Assembly: GCA_003136185.1 (NCBI GenBank)
Contig: PLDN01000024.1
Location: 1-50,996 of the forward strand
Direction of reading: 5' to 3'
Length of the DNA: 50,996 bases
Source of the DNA: Acidimicrobiaceae bacterium
Lineage (GTDB): Bacteria > Actinomycetota > Acidimicrobiia > Acidimicrobiales > Bog-793
Shown: positions 1 through 9,885 of the stretch, in pieces
Layout: every line of letters starts with the position of its first letter
How positions within the stretch are numbered: the first letter of the stretch is position 1
Notes under the pieces: generated by a model
What the model was told of the DNA's origin: nothing
What the model saw: the letters and a program-made list of their open reading frames with translations, nothing else
The model's database searches: none
Translations under genes and position numbers: made by a program

Positions 1-677
1 GACCGGTCGGGTTGGCAGTGACACCCGAGAGATGGACACGCCGCGTGTCGAGGTCGATAAGAACAGCACATAGAGACGGCGGAGCAACACCTGTCCACCG
101 TAAAGAAGTCGCAAGCAATCATGGTCGCTGCCTAGGCTCGCAGGAACTCCAGCCAGGTCGGCCCAGATCGCCGAGGCGTGGGCTCGATACCATGGCAGCG
201 CAAGATGACCCAGACGCTCGAAGGCGCGAGCCTCACCCCCATCGTGGCGAGCTCTCCGTAGATGCGCCGGTAGCCAAGGTGGGATTCTCCCTTGCGAATT
301 GGAGCACCAGGCTGACAGTACCGGCAGGCACTCCAGATCGACCAGGTGCAGAATGGGACTTGGTCCAGCGCCGTCGCACCAGATCCCGGTGCCAGGAAAG
401 GAACGTCTCGGGCTTCACGAAAAAGCGCCCCCGCCGAACGATCAGGTGGCCTCAGGCAGGGCGTGCGACCTGGCGGCGCAACACTGAGACCTCGTGACGC
501 AGCATGACGACCTCGATCGCCAACTCCTCCTGCTCGCGAAAGGAGAGGCGGACCAGTTGGAGGAGGCGAATGAACGCCAAGTAGAGGAAGGAGAGAGCCA
601 CGACTCCATCTTCACCGTGAGGATCGCGCCGACGAAAGTCCACGTCCACGGCTTGGACGACGTTTTCGGCACCGACA
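1..677 (-). mobile_element. Degenerate IS481-like (integrase core/rve) insertion sequence, running off the window start
   Basis: Minus-strand fragments VALSFLYLAFIRLLQLVRL..EVVMLRHEVSVLRRQVARP (from 601), PETFLSWHRDLVRRRWT..GRSGVP..LVLQFARENPT and ..FLRA*AATMIACDFFTVD match actinobacterial integrase-core transposases. It has stops and frameshifts. A candidate end 5'-TGTCGGTGCCGAAAAC starts at 677. Confidence 0.75.
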
Positions 678-699
678 CCTTTGCCTTTGGGACGCTCGC

Positions 700-1070
700 C
701 TCCAACCAGACGCCGGTGTTCGGACTCCGAGCACATCACCGCCACGTGGCGCTCACAGGCGTCCGTCACGAGCTGGTCCAGGGCGTCGAGGAACGGCCGG
801 GACGCCATGTAGTCGGCATAGGCCTGGAACGAGAGGTTCCGCCACGCCACGTTGGGCGAGTCGGGCTGCGGTTTGCGCCGGCCGCCACTCGTAGCCCAGG
901 CCGGCGGCCGGGACCGAGTGGGCCATGGCCTCTCGGGCGAAGTGCGGGAGGCGGCGACTGCCCGGGAACGAGCGCACGTCGATGATGCCCGAGATCCCGG
1001 CCTCGGCCAACAATCCAGTGAGCTCTCCGATCTCGAGGGTGCCATGGCCGACGGTGTACAGCACTCCCAC
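700..1070 (-). pseudogene. DUF488 family protein, frameshifted and truncated next to the IS end
   Basis: [27 protein letters not shown] (ORF 753-1070) continues in another frame as GGRRKPQPDSPNVAWRNLSFQAYADYM..AVMCSES-HRRLV, with the usual WWRC segment missing. Confidence 0.75.
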
Positions 1071-1258
1071 CAGGCTACAAACGCCCGCCCGCCCGGCCCG
1101 CCCGCCCGGTCATGCCGGCTTGCCGGCGTCTTCGGGGACGACCGAGCGGCGCTGTGGCGCAACCGGAGATGGCGTGCTGGCTGCTTGGTACCTCTGGCCT
1201 CCGTGTGGCTATCATCGGGGTCGGTCCACACGGTCGACGCCGGGGTAGAAAGAACACC

Positions 1259-1720
1259 ATGACCGACGAGAAGCCTCCGTTTCCTCCCTTCACCCGGGAC
1301 AGCGCGGCCCAGAAGGTACAGAGCGCCGAAGATGCCTGGAACAGCTGCGATCCGCAGAAGGTCGCCCAGGCGTACAGCGAGGACTCGGTGTGGCGCAACC
1401 GGGATATCTTCGTCACCGGGCGTCAAGACATTGTCGGGTTCCTCACCGCCAAGTGGCAGCGCGAGCTCGACTATGCCTTGCGCAAGCACTTGTGGGCCTT
1501 CGACGGCAACCGCATCGCGGTGCGCTTCCAGTACGAGAGCCACGACGGCGATGGCCAGTGGCGGCGCAGCTACGGCAACGAGCTGTGGGAGTTCGACGAC
1601 CACGGATTGATGACGCGCCGAGAGGCGAGCATCAACGACGTGCGCATCGACGAGCGCGAGCGACGTATCTTCGGACCCCGCCCGCAGGACGAGCGTGGGC
1701 GTGAGCTCCCACTGGAGTGA
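1259..1720 (+). CDS. DUF1348 / SnoaL-like (NTF2 fold) protein
   Basis: [69 protein letters not shown] is the typical DUF1348 pattern. Confidence 0.9.
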   Translation: MTDEKPPFPPFTRDSAAQKVQSAEDAWNSCDPQKVAQAYSEDSVWRNRDIFVTGRQDIVGFLTAKWQRELDYALRKHLWAFDGNRIAVRFQYESHDGDGQWRRSYGNELWEFDDHGLMTRREASINDVRIDERERRIFGPRPQDERGRELPLE

Positions 1721-1933
1721 TGCAGCGATGCTCGGCCTGCAGGTGGAGTGCCTGTGTTGACGCCGACAGTCCCAACGTCTTGAGCATCCGTCGCCCGGAC
1801 ACCCGTCGGTGTCGTCAGGCGGGTGAGCCAGGCTCGTTCCGTTGCCGGCACCAAATTGAGGTGGACCAACCCGCTCAGAGTGGACGATGACTTCTGTGGG
1901 GTCGCTGCGAGGCGCCCCTGACCCATCTCGGTG

Positions 1934-2276
1934 TCAGGGCCCCGTGCCCGGTAATCCGTGCTGCACGAGATCGAGAGGGATGGCTTGACCAGCGGTCTCG
2001 GCTGCTGGCTGGCGGAGGGAGCCCAACGGGTCTGTGCCCTGAAGCGCCGCGCGCTCTTCACCCGGCGACCAAACCGATTCCGACCCCTGGACGGCGTCGT
2101 TGGCTCCGCCCTCCCCGAATTTCGGCCGCCGCATCCAGATGTAGACGCCGGTGTACAGGCCGCAGAGCGCGAGGGCGAGCCCACCCCCACAGCACCCAGC
2201 GCATCAGCGAGATGCCTCCGATGCCGGCGGCGTGCAGCACCGCCGTCACGAGCGCAATCGACGGGTGTTGCCCCAT
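1934..2276 (-). pseudogene. Possible small membrane protein downstream of aceE, frameshifted
   Basis: ATG 4 nt after the aceE stop gives hydrophobic MGQHPSIALVTAVLHAAGIGGISLMRWVLWG. A shifted frame continues GLALALCGLYTGVYIWMRRPKFG. Confidence 0.3.
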
Positions 2277-2280
2277 GACC

Positions 2281-4944
2281 TCACCTCTCACGCGGGTCGA
2301 GCACGTCGCGGTCGATGCCGTAGGAACGTGCGGCGTCGAGTACCGCCTCGGCTTTGATCTTCCCCTGGGTGAACAGGCCCCAGAGCACGGCCACCACGAC
2401 GTGGGCCGCATCGACCTCGAAGTGCCGGCGCAAGGCGGAGCGGGTGTCGGAAAGCCCGAAGCCGTCGGTGCCGAGCGGCACGAAGGGCTCGGGCATGAAC
2501 CGGCCGACCTGATCGGCCACGAGCTTGAGGTGATCCGTCACCGCTACGACCGGTCCGTCACCTTCGGCGAGGACCCTCTGGGCATAGGGGACCCGGGGCT
2601 GCTCACCAGGATGGAGCCGGTTCCAGCGTTCGACCGAGAGGGCATCGTCACCGAGCGCCTTGTAGCTGGTCGCGCTCCAGATCTCGGTGGCGACGTCGAA
2701 GCGATCGAGCAGTCCGGCCTGGGCCTCCAGGGCAGCGAGCATGGCGGTCCCGCTGGCGAGGATCCGGGCCCGATGGTGCCGTTCCTCGGGTGCCTCCCGG
2801 TAACGGTAGAGCCCGGCCAGGATCCCCTCTTCGGCACCCTTGGGCATCGGTGGCTGGACGTAGGCCTCGTTGTAGAGCGTCAGGTAGTAAAGGAGGTCCT
2901 CTGGGTGGGGGCCGTGCATACGCTCGAGGCCGTCGCGCACGATGACCGCCACCTCGTAGGCGAAGGCGGGGTCGTAGGCGCGCAGGTTTGGAATGGCGCT
3001 GGCGAACAGGAGACTGTGGCCGTCGCAGTGCTGGAGGCCCTCGCCTTGGAGGGTGGTCCGCCCGGCGGTGGCCGCCAGGAGGAATCCGCGGGCGTGCATG
3101 TCGCCGGCCGCCCACAACAGGTCCCCGAAGCGGTGGAAGCCGAACATCGAGTAGTAGACGAAGAACGGGACCATCGGCTCGCCCCAGGTGGCATATGAGG
3201 TGGCCGCTGCGAGGAACGACGCCATCGAGCCCGCCTCGGTGATCCCCTCTTCGAGGATCTGACCGTCGGCGGCCTCTTGGTAGCTGAGCAGCAGGCCCGC
3301 GTCGACCGGCTCATAGTGCTGGCCGCCCGGTGCGTAGATCTTCACCTGGCGAAACAGCCCGTCGATCCCGAAGGTGCGGGCCTCGTCGGGGATGATGGGG
3401 ACCACCCGCGGCCCGACCTCGGGGTCGCGCAGCAGGTTGCGCAGTAGGCGGGTGAACGCCCCAGTGGTAGAGGCCGCCACCTTCTCGCCCGTGCCCGCTT
3501 CGAGCTCCTGGTACGGGCCGCTTCCTGGGAGGGTCAGCGCCCGAGGGTGGACCGCCCGGTGTGGCAGGTAGCCGCCCAGTGCTCGCCGGCGCTCGGTGAG
3601 GTACTCGTACTCGGGCGAGTCGGTGCCCGGGTGGGCGTAGGGCGGTAGTTCCTGGGCCAGCTCGGCGTCGGAGATCGGCAGGTCGAGGCGATCGCGGAAG
3701 GTGCGCAACTCGGCCTCGGTCATCTTCTTGATCTGGTGAGTGGCGTTGCGGGCTTCGATGTCGGATCCGAGCGCCCAGCCCTTGACCGTCTTGGCCAGGA
3801 CCACCGTCGGCGCCCCGTGGTGTTCCACGGCGGCCCGGTACGCGGCGAAGACCTTCCCCGCGTCGTGCCCGCCGCGCCGCAGCTTCTTCAGCTCGTCGTC
3901 GGCCATCCCGGCGACCAGTTGGCGTAGCCGTGGATCGGGGCCGAAGAAGTGCTCGCGGATGAAGGCGCCGCTCTCGACGCGGAGCTGCTGGTACTCGCCG
4001 TCGAGGGTGGTGTTCATCTTCTCGACGAGCGCGCCGTCGGCGTCCGCGGCGAGGAGCGGATCCCACTCGCGCCCCCAGACGACCTTGAGCACGTTCCAGC
4101 CGGCGCCGCGGAACAGCCCTTCGAACTCTTGGATCACCTTCCCGTTGCCCCGCACCGGGCCGTCGAGGCGCTGGAGGTTGCAGTTGACGACGAAGACGAG
4201 GTTGTCGAGGTGCTCTCGACCGGCCAGGGCGAGGGCGGCCAGGCTCTCGGGCTCGTCCATCTCGCCGTCTCCGGTGAAGCACCAGACCGTGGCCTCGGCG
4301 GTGTCGGCGATGCCCCGGTCGGCCAGGTAGCGGTTGAACCGGGCCTGGTAGGCCGCCTCGATCAGGCCGAGGCCCATCGACACGGTCGGGAACTCCCAGA
4401 AGTCGCTGCGCCGGAGGTGGGGATAGGAGGGCAGTCCGCCCCCGACCTCCCGGCGAAAGCCGTCCAGCTGTGCCTCGGTGAGCCGACCCTCGAGAAACGC
4501 CCGGGCGTAGATGCCCGGCGCGGAGTGCCCTTGGAAGAACACCTGATCGCCGGGATGCGCTGCGCTCTTGGCCCGAAAGAAGTGGTTGAACCCCACCTCG
4601 TAGAGCGTCGCCGCCGAGGCGTAGGTGGCGAGATGCCCGCCGATGCCGTCGGCCCGGTGGTTGGCCCGGGCCACCATCACGGCCGCGTTCCAGCGCACGA
4701 AGTGGCGGATGCGGGCCTCGAGCGTCTCGTCGCCGGGAAAGGCCGGTTCGGACTCGGGTCCGATCGTGTTGCGGTAATCGGTCGTGACGCCCCCGTCGAG
4801 ACGAACCCCCTTGGTCCGGGCACGGGTGACGACGCGCTCGAGGAGCCGGCTCGCTCGCTCTGCGCCCTCGGCCGCGATAAGCGCGTCGACCGAGTCGAGC
4901 CATTCCTGGGTCTCGTCGGGATCTGGATCGGTGTAGGTCGACAC
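2281..4944 (-). CDS. aceE: Pyruvate dehydrogenase E1 component, homodimeric type
   Basis: 887 aa; DPDPDETQEWLDS, GGHLATYAS, FPTVSMGLG, GDGEMDEPES (TPP motif), NCNLQRLDGPVRGNGK, DEARTFG, GRTTLQGEGLQH. Confidence 0.97.
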   Translation of the reverse strand: MSTYTDPDPDETQEWLDSVDALIAAEGAERASRLLERVVTRARTKGVRLDGGVTTDYRNTIGPESEPAFPGDETLEARIRHFVRWNAAVMVARANHRADGIGGHLATYASAATLYEVGFNHFFRAKSAAHPGDQVFFQGHSAPGIYARAFLEGRLTEAQLDGFRREVGGGLPSYPHLRRSDFWEFPTVSMGLGLIEAAYQARFNRYLADRGIADTAEATVWCFTGDGEMDEPESLAALALAGREHLDNLVFVVNCNLQRLDGPVRGNGKVIQEFEGLFRGAGWNVLKVVWGREWDPLLAADADGALVEKMNTTLDGEYQQLRVESGAFIREHFFGPDPRLRQLVAGMADDELKKLRRGGHDAGKVFAAYRAAVEHHGAPTVVLAKTVKGWALGSDIEARNATHQIKKMTEAELRTFRDRLDLPISDAELAQELPPYAHPGTDSPEYEYLTERRRALGGYLPHRAVHPRALTLPGSGPYQELEAGTGEKVAASTTGAFTRLLRNLLRDPEVGPRVVPIIPDEARTFGIDGLFRQVKIYAPGGQHYEPVDAGLLLSYQEAADGQILEEGITEAGSMASFLAAATSYATWGEPMVPFFVYYSMFGFHRFGDLLWAAGDMHARGFLLAATAGRTTLQGEGLQHCDGHSLLFASAIPNLRAYDPAFAYEVAVIVRDGLERMHGPHPEDLLYYLTLYNEAYVQPPMPKGAEEGILAGLYRYREAPEERHHRARILASGTAMLAALEAQAGLLDRFDVATEIWSATSYKALGDDALSVERWNRLHPGEQPRVPYAQRVLAEGDGPVVAVTDHLKLVADQVGRFMPEPFVPLGTDGFGLSDTRSALRRHFEVDAAHVVVAVLWGLFTQGKIKAEAVLDAARSYGIDRDVLDPRER

Positions 4945-4974
4945 GACTGGCTCCTTTGGAATGGACGTGCGGCC

Positions 4975-5328
4975 CTACTGGCTCTCGTACTGGTGGGCGT
5001 CGCCGAGCGCGTGCAGCGCGACGGTGGAGTGGGCATAGGCGCCGCCGGCGCGCATCTCGGCGGCGACCCAGATCGCCTCCATGATCTCCTCGTCGGTGGC
5101 GCCCTTGCGCCGGGCGAGCTGCGAGTGGCCGGCGATGCAGTACGGGCATTGCGTGACGTGGGCGACAGCGACCGCGATCAGCTGCTTGGTCTTCTCGTCG
5201 AGCGCGCCGGGGCTGAAGACGGCCCGGCTGAACTTCTCGAAGGCGTCGTGGATCTCGGGTGCGAGCTCCTTGCGCCGCCGGCCGATCTCCGCCGTCGCCG
5301 TCGGGTACACGCTCTTGTCCTCAGCCAT
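4975..5328 (-). CDS. Carboxymuconolactone decarboxylase / AhpD-like protein
   Basis: GALDEKTKQLIAVAVAHVTQCPYCIAGH (CxxC); RBS GAGGAGGAG upstream. Confidence 0.9.
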   Translation of the reverse strand: MAEDKSVYPTATAEIGRRRKELAPEIHDAFEKFSRAVFSPGALDEKTKQLIAVAVAHVTQCPYCIAGHSQLARRKGATDEEIMEAIWVAAEMRAGGAYAHSTVALHALGDAHQYESQ

Positions 5329-5584
5329 CGCTCCTCCTCGTGGTCTCTACGAGCGGCTGCGCACTGCAGGGTCCGCTGGTCGATGGGCAGTGTCCCAGTC
5401 GTCGTGGCGCCGCCCCTGCTTCGTGGTTCTGGCGGCTCCTGCCCACCAGCCGTGCGCACTCGGGCCCCCGATCGGGTGCAAGCCGTCGGGGGCGGTCACC
5501 CTGTCCTAGCGTCGCGGCTCGGCTACCACCGGCACTTGTGCTCCTTCGGCACGCGGCAGTGGTGCTGGATTTCGTCACTGACAG

Positions 5585-5608
5585 CTATTCTAGTCCTGCC
5601 TAGAGTTA
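5585..5608. promoter_or_regulatory. Palindromic operator copy 1 (TCTAG-TCCTGC-CTAGA)
   Basis: Perfect core at 5589-5604, intergenic, upstream of the CMD-aceE unit. It overlaps a minus-strand TAGAAT -10-like hexamer. Confidence 0.75.
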
Positions 5609-5771
5609 TGTGGACCATGACGAAGAGCGATGGGAGCGGCGACGTCATTTGGCCACTGGCGCGGAGAATCTCATCCCCGGCGGGATGGGCGGCCACGAGG
5701 CTGGGCCGGTCGTCTCGGTCGGCAAGGGAAGAGCCGGTCGGCTGGCCCGAGGAGGCGCCGCGCCGCGCCGG

Positions 5772-6554
5772 TCAGGCGTGATCTTCGCTGTAGACATGAT
5801 CGTCGGACACGCCGAGGTCGCCTAGCGCGGCCCGCACCGACAGGACCATGTCTCCCGGTCCGGCGACGTAGCAGCAGTGCGGCACCAGCCCGCCGTGAAC
5901 GTGCCCCAGCACGTCGCTGAGCATGTCGGCGTCGATGCGCCGATGGAAACGAGCGGCGGGATCGTGCGAGCTGCGGGTGAAGGTATGGACGAGCGTGAAC
6001 CACCGGTGTCGGCGGGCCAACTCCTCGAGCGGCTCGGCCAAGAGCACCGTCGTACGATCGCGGCTCGAACAGAGCATCGTCATCGGGGTCTCTATCCCTC
6101 GCGCCGCCGCGTAGCGCACGATCGACACCAGGGGAGCGACCCCGCTGCCAGCGCCGATCAGTGCTACCGGCCCGCCGTCCTGCTCGGTCCAGGTGAGGAA
6201 GCCGAACGGGCCCCGTACCGCAAGGACGTCGTCAACCTGGACGCGGCGGGTGAGCAACGGTGAGGCCCGCCCGCCTTCCACCTCGCGGACGGTGATCTCG
6301 ATCTCGGGGCCGGATGGGAAGGGCGACGAGGAGAGCGAGTAAGCCTGTTGGACGGCGCCGGGTGGAGCGTCGATGGCGAGTTGGACGAGGTAGTACTGGC
6401 CGGGAAGGACCACAGGCGTTTCGGGGAGGTGCAGCCGCAGCGTCGTGGCCGAGGGGTCCCGGCAGACGGCGACGACGCGGGCGGCCTCCCACAGCGCCGC
6501 CTGGTCGGCGGCGAGCCAGCGATCGGAGGGCACGTCCGAAGCGGTCTGGGTCAC
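5772..6554 (-). CDS. FAD/NAD(P)-binding ferredoxin-NADP reductase-like oxidoreductase
   Basis: PGQYY..QQAYSLSS, GRASP, GPFGFLTW, LIGAGSGVAPL, YVAGP. The GTG start overlaps the upstream stop. Confidence 0.88.
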   Translation of the reverse strand: MTQTASDVPSDRWLAADQAALWEAARVVAVCRDPSATTLRLHLPETPVVLPGQYYLVQLAIDAPPGAVQQAYSLSSSPFPSGPEIEITVREVEGGRASPLLTRRVQVDDVLAVRGPFGFLTWTEQDGGPVALIGAGSGVAPLVSIVRYAAARGIETPMTMLCSSRDRTTVLLAEPLEELARRHRWFTLVHTFTRSSHDPAARFHRRIDADMLSDVLGHVHGGLVPHCCYVAGPGDMVLSVRAALGDLGVSDDHVYSEDHA

Positions 6555-7480
6555 CGCTCATCTCCGATGATCATGACCCACGCCCGGGGCTCCCGCACGT
6601 CCTCGAGCGCCGCCCCGGCGACAAGTACAGCCCTGTCACCACCCAGCGCGACGACCGTGGGCCAGCGCCGGCCCGACAACCGCAGATGGGTGGTGATGTG
6701 GCCTTGCCGGTCGATCCGGCGTATCGCGCTGTTGCCGTGGTCGGCGACCCACAGAGAGCCGTCGGTGGCCGCCGCGATTCCAGTCGGCCAGCGAAGGCCG
6801 CTGCCCGGTCCGCTCGTGTCGCCGCCCGCCGGCTCGCCGGCCAGCGTCGTCACCTCTCTGTCAGGGGCGATCCGTCGGATCGCGTTGTTGCCGGTATCGG
6901 CCACCCAGCAGGTGCCCTCGGCATCGACGTCGAGGGCGGCGGGGCGCCGGAACCGGGTGTGTGGTCCGCGACCGTCCCCGTAGTCGTAGATCGAGCCGGC
7001 GACGGTCGTGACGATGCCGTCGGGCGAGATCACCCGGATCCGGTCGTTGCCGGTGTCGGCGACGTAGCAGGTGCCGTCGGCGGCGACCGCCACGTCGTTG
7101 GGGAAGCGGAACATAGCCTCCGTGCCGGACCCGTCGCGATACCCGTTTGCGCCACCAGCGACGACTCGCAGCGCGCCGTCGGGGGAGATGGCGCACACCC
7201 GGTGGCGGGTGCTGTCGGCCACGAACAACGAGCCGTCGGGAGACAGCGCCAACCCAGCCGGCGTGGACAGCCGGGTCGAGCCTTCTTCGCTGTTCTGCTT
7301 GAGCCGGGCCGGGGTGACGACGATCGGCGTAGCCGTACCAGCCAGGGCGACGCGCCAAATCGTCCCCGACGCCGAATCGGAGACCAGGGTCGCGCCGTCG
7401 ACGACGGCGAGTCCGCCGGCGCGCCCGGAGAAGGAGAACAGCGCCTGGGAATGCCCGGACGTCGGGTCGGCCACACCCAC
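6551..7480 (-). CDS. NHL-repeat beta-propeller protein (start uncertain; possibly frameshifted from 7551)
   Basis: Repeated PxGLA/DVAV..GxxYVADTGNxxIRxI units. The best RBS (GGAGGAAGAA) precedes GTG/ATG at 7551/7548 in another frame. Confidence 0.8.
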   Translation of the reverse strand: MGVADPTSGHSQALFSFSGRAGGLAVVDGATLVSDSASGTIWRVALAGTATPIVVTPARLKQNSEEGSTRLSTPAGLALSPDGSLFVADSTRHRVCAISPDGALRVVAGGANGYRDGSGTEAMFRFPNDVAVAADGTCYVADTGNDRIRVISPDGIVTTVAGSIYDYGDGRGPHTRFRRPAALDVDAEGTCWVADTGNNAIRRIAPDREVTTLAGEPAGGDTSGPGSGLRWPTGIAAATDGSLWVADHGNSAIRRIDRQGHITTHLRLSGRRWPTVVALGGDRAVLVAGAALEDVREPRAWVMIIGDER

Positions 7481-7575
7481 TGCGGGGTACGGTGCACCCG
7501 CCCTGTCCTCGGTTCGGTGCTCACGCTCTCCCGCGGCAATGAGGTCATCACTTCTTCCTCCGGTCTGTCGCGTTG

Positions 7576-7929
7576 TCAGGCAGCGGGATCGTGCAAGGCC
7601 AGCCGCTCGTCTCGGGCTTGGAGCACGAGGAGGGCTACCAGTTCCTCGGCCCGGCCAGAGCACGTCAGCGGAGGGCCTGGGCAGCCCCGTGCCGCCTCGC
7701 CGACCAGCGCCTCTGCGGCACTGGACAGCCGTTGCTGACCCCGCCGCAGGATGCGGGCCTGCGCCGGGGACAGGTGGGTCATGGCGACTACCTCGTCGTC
7801 GAGGTGAACGGCCAGGGCGTCGGTGAACTCGCGTGCCAGCTGGGCCAGGCGTTGGACGTCGCCGTCACCGGTGGTGGCGTGCACCTTGCGGGCCAGTGTG
7901 AGCAGGCCTTCGTGACCGAGGCGGCCCAT
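7576..7929 (-). CDS. Small degenerate hemerythrin-like four-helix protein
   Basis: H near the N-terminus and HLDDE (HxxxE); the later His positions are Gln (GQQRL, QARDE). RBS GGAGG. Confidence 0.5.
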   Translation of the reverse strand: MGRLGHEGLLTLARKVHATTGDGDVQRLAQLAREFTDALAVHLDDEVVAMTHLSPAQARILRRGQQRLSSAAEALVGEAARGCPGPPLTCSGRAEELVALLVLQARDERLALHDPAA

Positions 7930-7930
7930 C

Positions 7931-8506
7931 TCATGCCACCTCCCTGGTGCTGTGGGTCGCGGCTCGCCCCATCGCACAGCGGCCTTCGTGCACGGCCACC
8001 TCCATGGCCCGACCGAGACCACTCATGAAGGTCGTGGCGGTCGAGCGGGCAACGTGGCGGCCGAGCACCAGGTCTCCCGCGAGGCCGAGGACCCCGAGCG
8101 GCGGGTAGTAGGTGCCTTCCAGGACTAGCTCGGTGCTCGTCCCGGTCCGGGATCGTGCCAACAGGTCGACGTCCATCACGGGAAAGAGCCCTCGACCCCG
8201 CGGGCTTGCCAGCGCACATGGGCGAGCAACCATGGCCTCCGACGATGGACGCTTCGCACCTCGACTTCGACGGGCACCTGGATCACGCGGGGCCACCGGC
8301 GCATCGACACTCCCGCCACCGGGCCGTGTCATCGCCTCACGGGCAGCGAAGGCCGACTCGACCAGATCGGCCAGGCAAATGTGAGCTGCTCGCTCCACCT
8401 CGGCGAAGGGCAGCTCGACGGCGGTGGAGATGACGACCGTACGACGGAACGGCAGTAACCCGTGCTCGGACGACGGCTGCTTTGGGATCCTCGTTGCTGC
8501 TCGCAT
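7931..8506 (-). CDS. Conserved actinobacterial hypothetical protein (SRPBCC-like C-terminus)
   Basis: LFPVMDVDL..TELVLEGTYYPPLGVLGLAGDLVLGRHVARST motif; RBS AAGGAG before ATG 8506. Confidence 0.6.
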   Translation of the reverse strand: MRAATRIPKQPSSEHGLLPFRRTVVISTAVELPFAEVERAAHICLADLVESAFAAREAMTRPGGGSVDAPVAPRDPGARRSRGAKRPSSEAMVARPCALASPRGRGLFPVMDVDLLARSRTGTSTELVLEGTYYPPLGVLGLAGDLVLGRHVARSTATTFMSGLGRAMEVAVHEGRCAMGRAATHSTREVA

Positions 8507-8536
8507 GGAACTCCTTCCGACGACTCTCTCCCTGAG

Positions 8537-8560
8537 TATATCTAATAGCAACTAGAGATA
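8537..8560. promoter_or_regulatory. Palindromic operator copy 2 (TATA-TCTAA-TAGCAA-CTAGA-GATA)
   Basis: Core at 8541-8556 with one mismatch, in the 68-bp gap between the divergent starts at 8506(-) and 8575(+). Confidence 0.78.
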
Positions 8561-8574
8561 CGAGGAAAGAACAG

Positions 8575-9885
8575 ATGGACAGGGTGGTGATCGTGGGTGG
8601 CGGTTTTGCCGGGTTGGCGGCGGCTCGCCGGCTCGCCGGAGCACCGGTCGATGTGCAACTGGTCGATCGCCACAACTTCCATTCCTTCCAGCCGCTGCTC
8701 TACCAGGTGGCGACGGTGGGTCTCGACGCCGCCGACGTGACGTACTCGATCCGCACCATCCTCCGGAGAGCAGCCAACGTCGGTTTCGTCCATGGCCGAG
8801 CGGGCCGTCGACCTCGACGACGGAACTACTCTTACTTATCAGCACCTCATCGTGGGGAGCGGAGCGACCCCCGCCTTCTTCAGTGTGCCCGGTGCCGCCG
8901 AGCATGCACTCTGCCTCTACACGCTCGACGACGCCCGCGGGGTCCGCAACACGGTCCTCGCCAGCCTCGAGCGGGCCGACCGTGAGCACGCAGACAGCGA
9001 TCCGCTCGTCGTAGTCGTCGGCGGCGGTCCGACCGGAGTCGAGACGACCGGCGCGCTGACCGAGCTCATCGACATCGCCATCCGTCACGACCGGCTGCGT
9101 CTCGACCGCCGCCCCGCCGGGTGGTGCTCCTCGACGCTCGTGACCGTTTGCTTCCGGGCTTTGCCCCGCGGGCGAGCGCCTATGCGGAAAAGACGCTGCG
9201 CGCTCGGGGAGTCGAGGTTCGGCTCGGCACCCAGGTCGCATCGGTCTCACGGGCCGGCGTCACTTTGGCCGACGGAAGCAAGATCGCGGCCGCCGTTGTG
9301 ATCTGGGTAGCCGGGGTCACGGTGGAGGGCACCTTGGCGTCGGGCTTGGCGGGGTTGCGGGGACAGAACGGCCGGCTGGTCGTCGAGCCCGACCTCTCGC
9401 TCGCCTTCCACCCTGAGGTCTTCGTCGTCGGCGACGCGGCGGTCCTCCGGTCACCCGGTGGAGGCACGGAGATCGAAGGAGGCCGCAGCCCGAGCCCCGA
9501 CGGACCCCTCGTGCCCCAGGTCGCCCAGGCGGCGATCCAGTCGGGCGACCACGCAGCGAGGCAGATCCTGAACCGGGTGAGCGGCAAGGAGACGACCCGC
9601 TTCGTGTACCACGACAAAGGGATGATGGCGACGGTCGGGCGGCGAGCCGCCATCGCACAGCTGCGGGGCGGTGCCATGGTCCGAGGGATGCCGGGCTGGC
9701 TGGCCTGGCTCTCCCTGTACCTCATCGGGTTCCGCAACCGGGTGGTCGTCCTCGTGAACTGGGCGTGGCGCTACTGCAAGTGGCCCGCGGGCCTGTGTCT
9801 CATCGTCGGGGACGTCGAGCATCGGCTCGGCGGCCGGGCGCTGCGGTGCCCCGAGTGCCGCCGGTCAGCGCCTCAGCGTCCGTGA
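8575..9885 (+). pseudogene. ndh: Type II NADH dehydrogenase, split across three frames
   Basis: VVIVGGGFAG..FQPLLYQVAT (from 8575), VVVVGGGPTGVE (8792 frame) and PQVAQAAIQSG..FVYHDKGMMATVGR..LIGFRNR (9121 frame); two frameshifts plus small deletions. Confidence 0.88.

Noticed and set aside
452-1603. 383-aa minus-strand ORF
   Set aside because: It is a chance read-through of the DUF1348 antisense strand, the DUF488 remnant and the IS transposase N-terminus, not one protein.
3311-5781. Long Arg/Pro/Gly-rich overlapping ORFs (3311-5149, 3949-5781, and similar ones over acnA, metE, sufB and nar)
   Set aside because: These are shadow frames expected from high-GC codon bias over clearly identified genes.
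5330-5825. Short ORFs around operator copy 1 (5321-5578, 5610-5825)
   Set aside because: No recognisable motifs and they overlap real genes; treated as leader or intergenic DNA.
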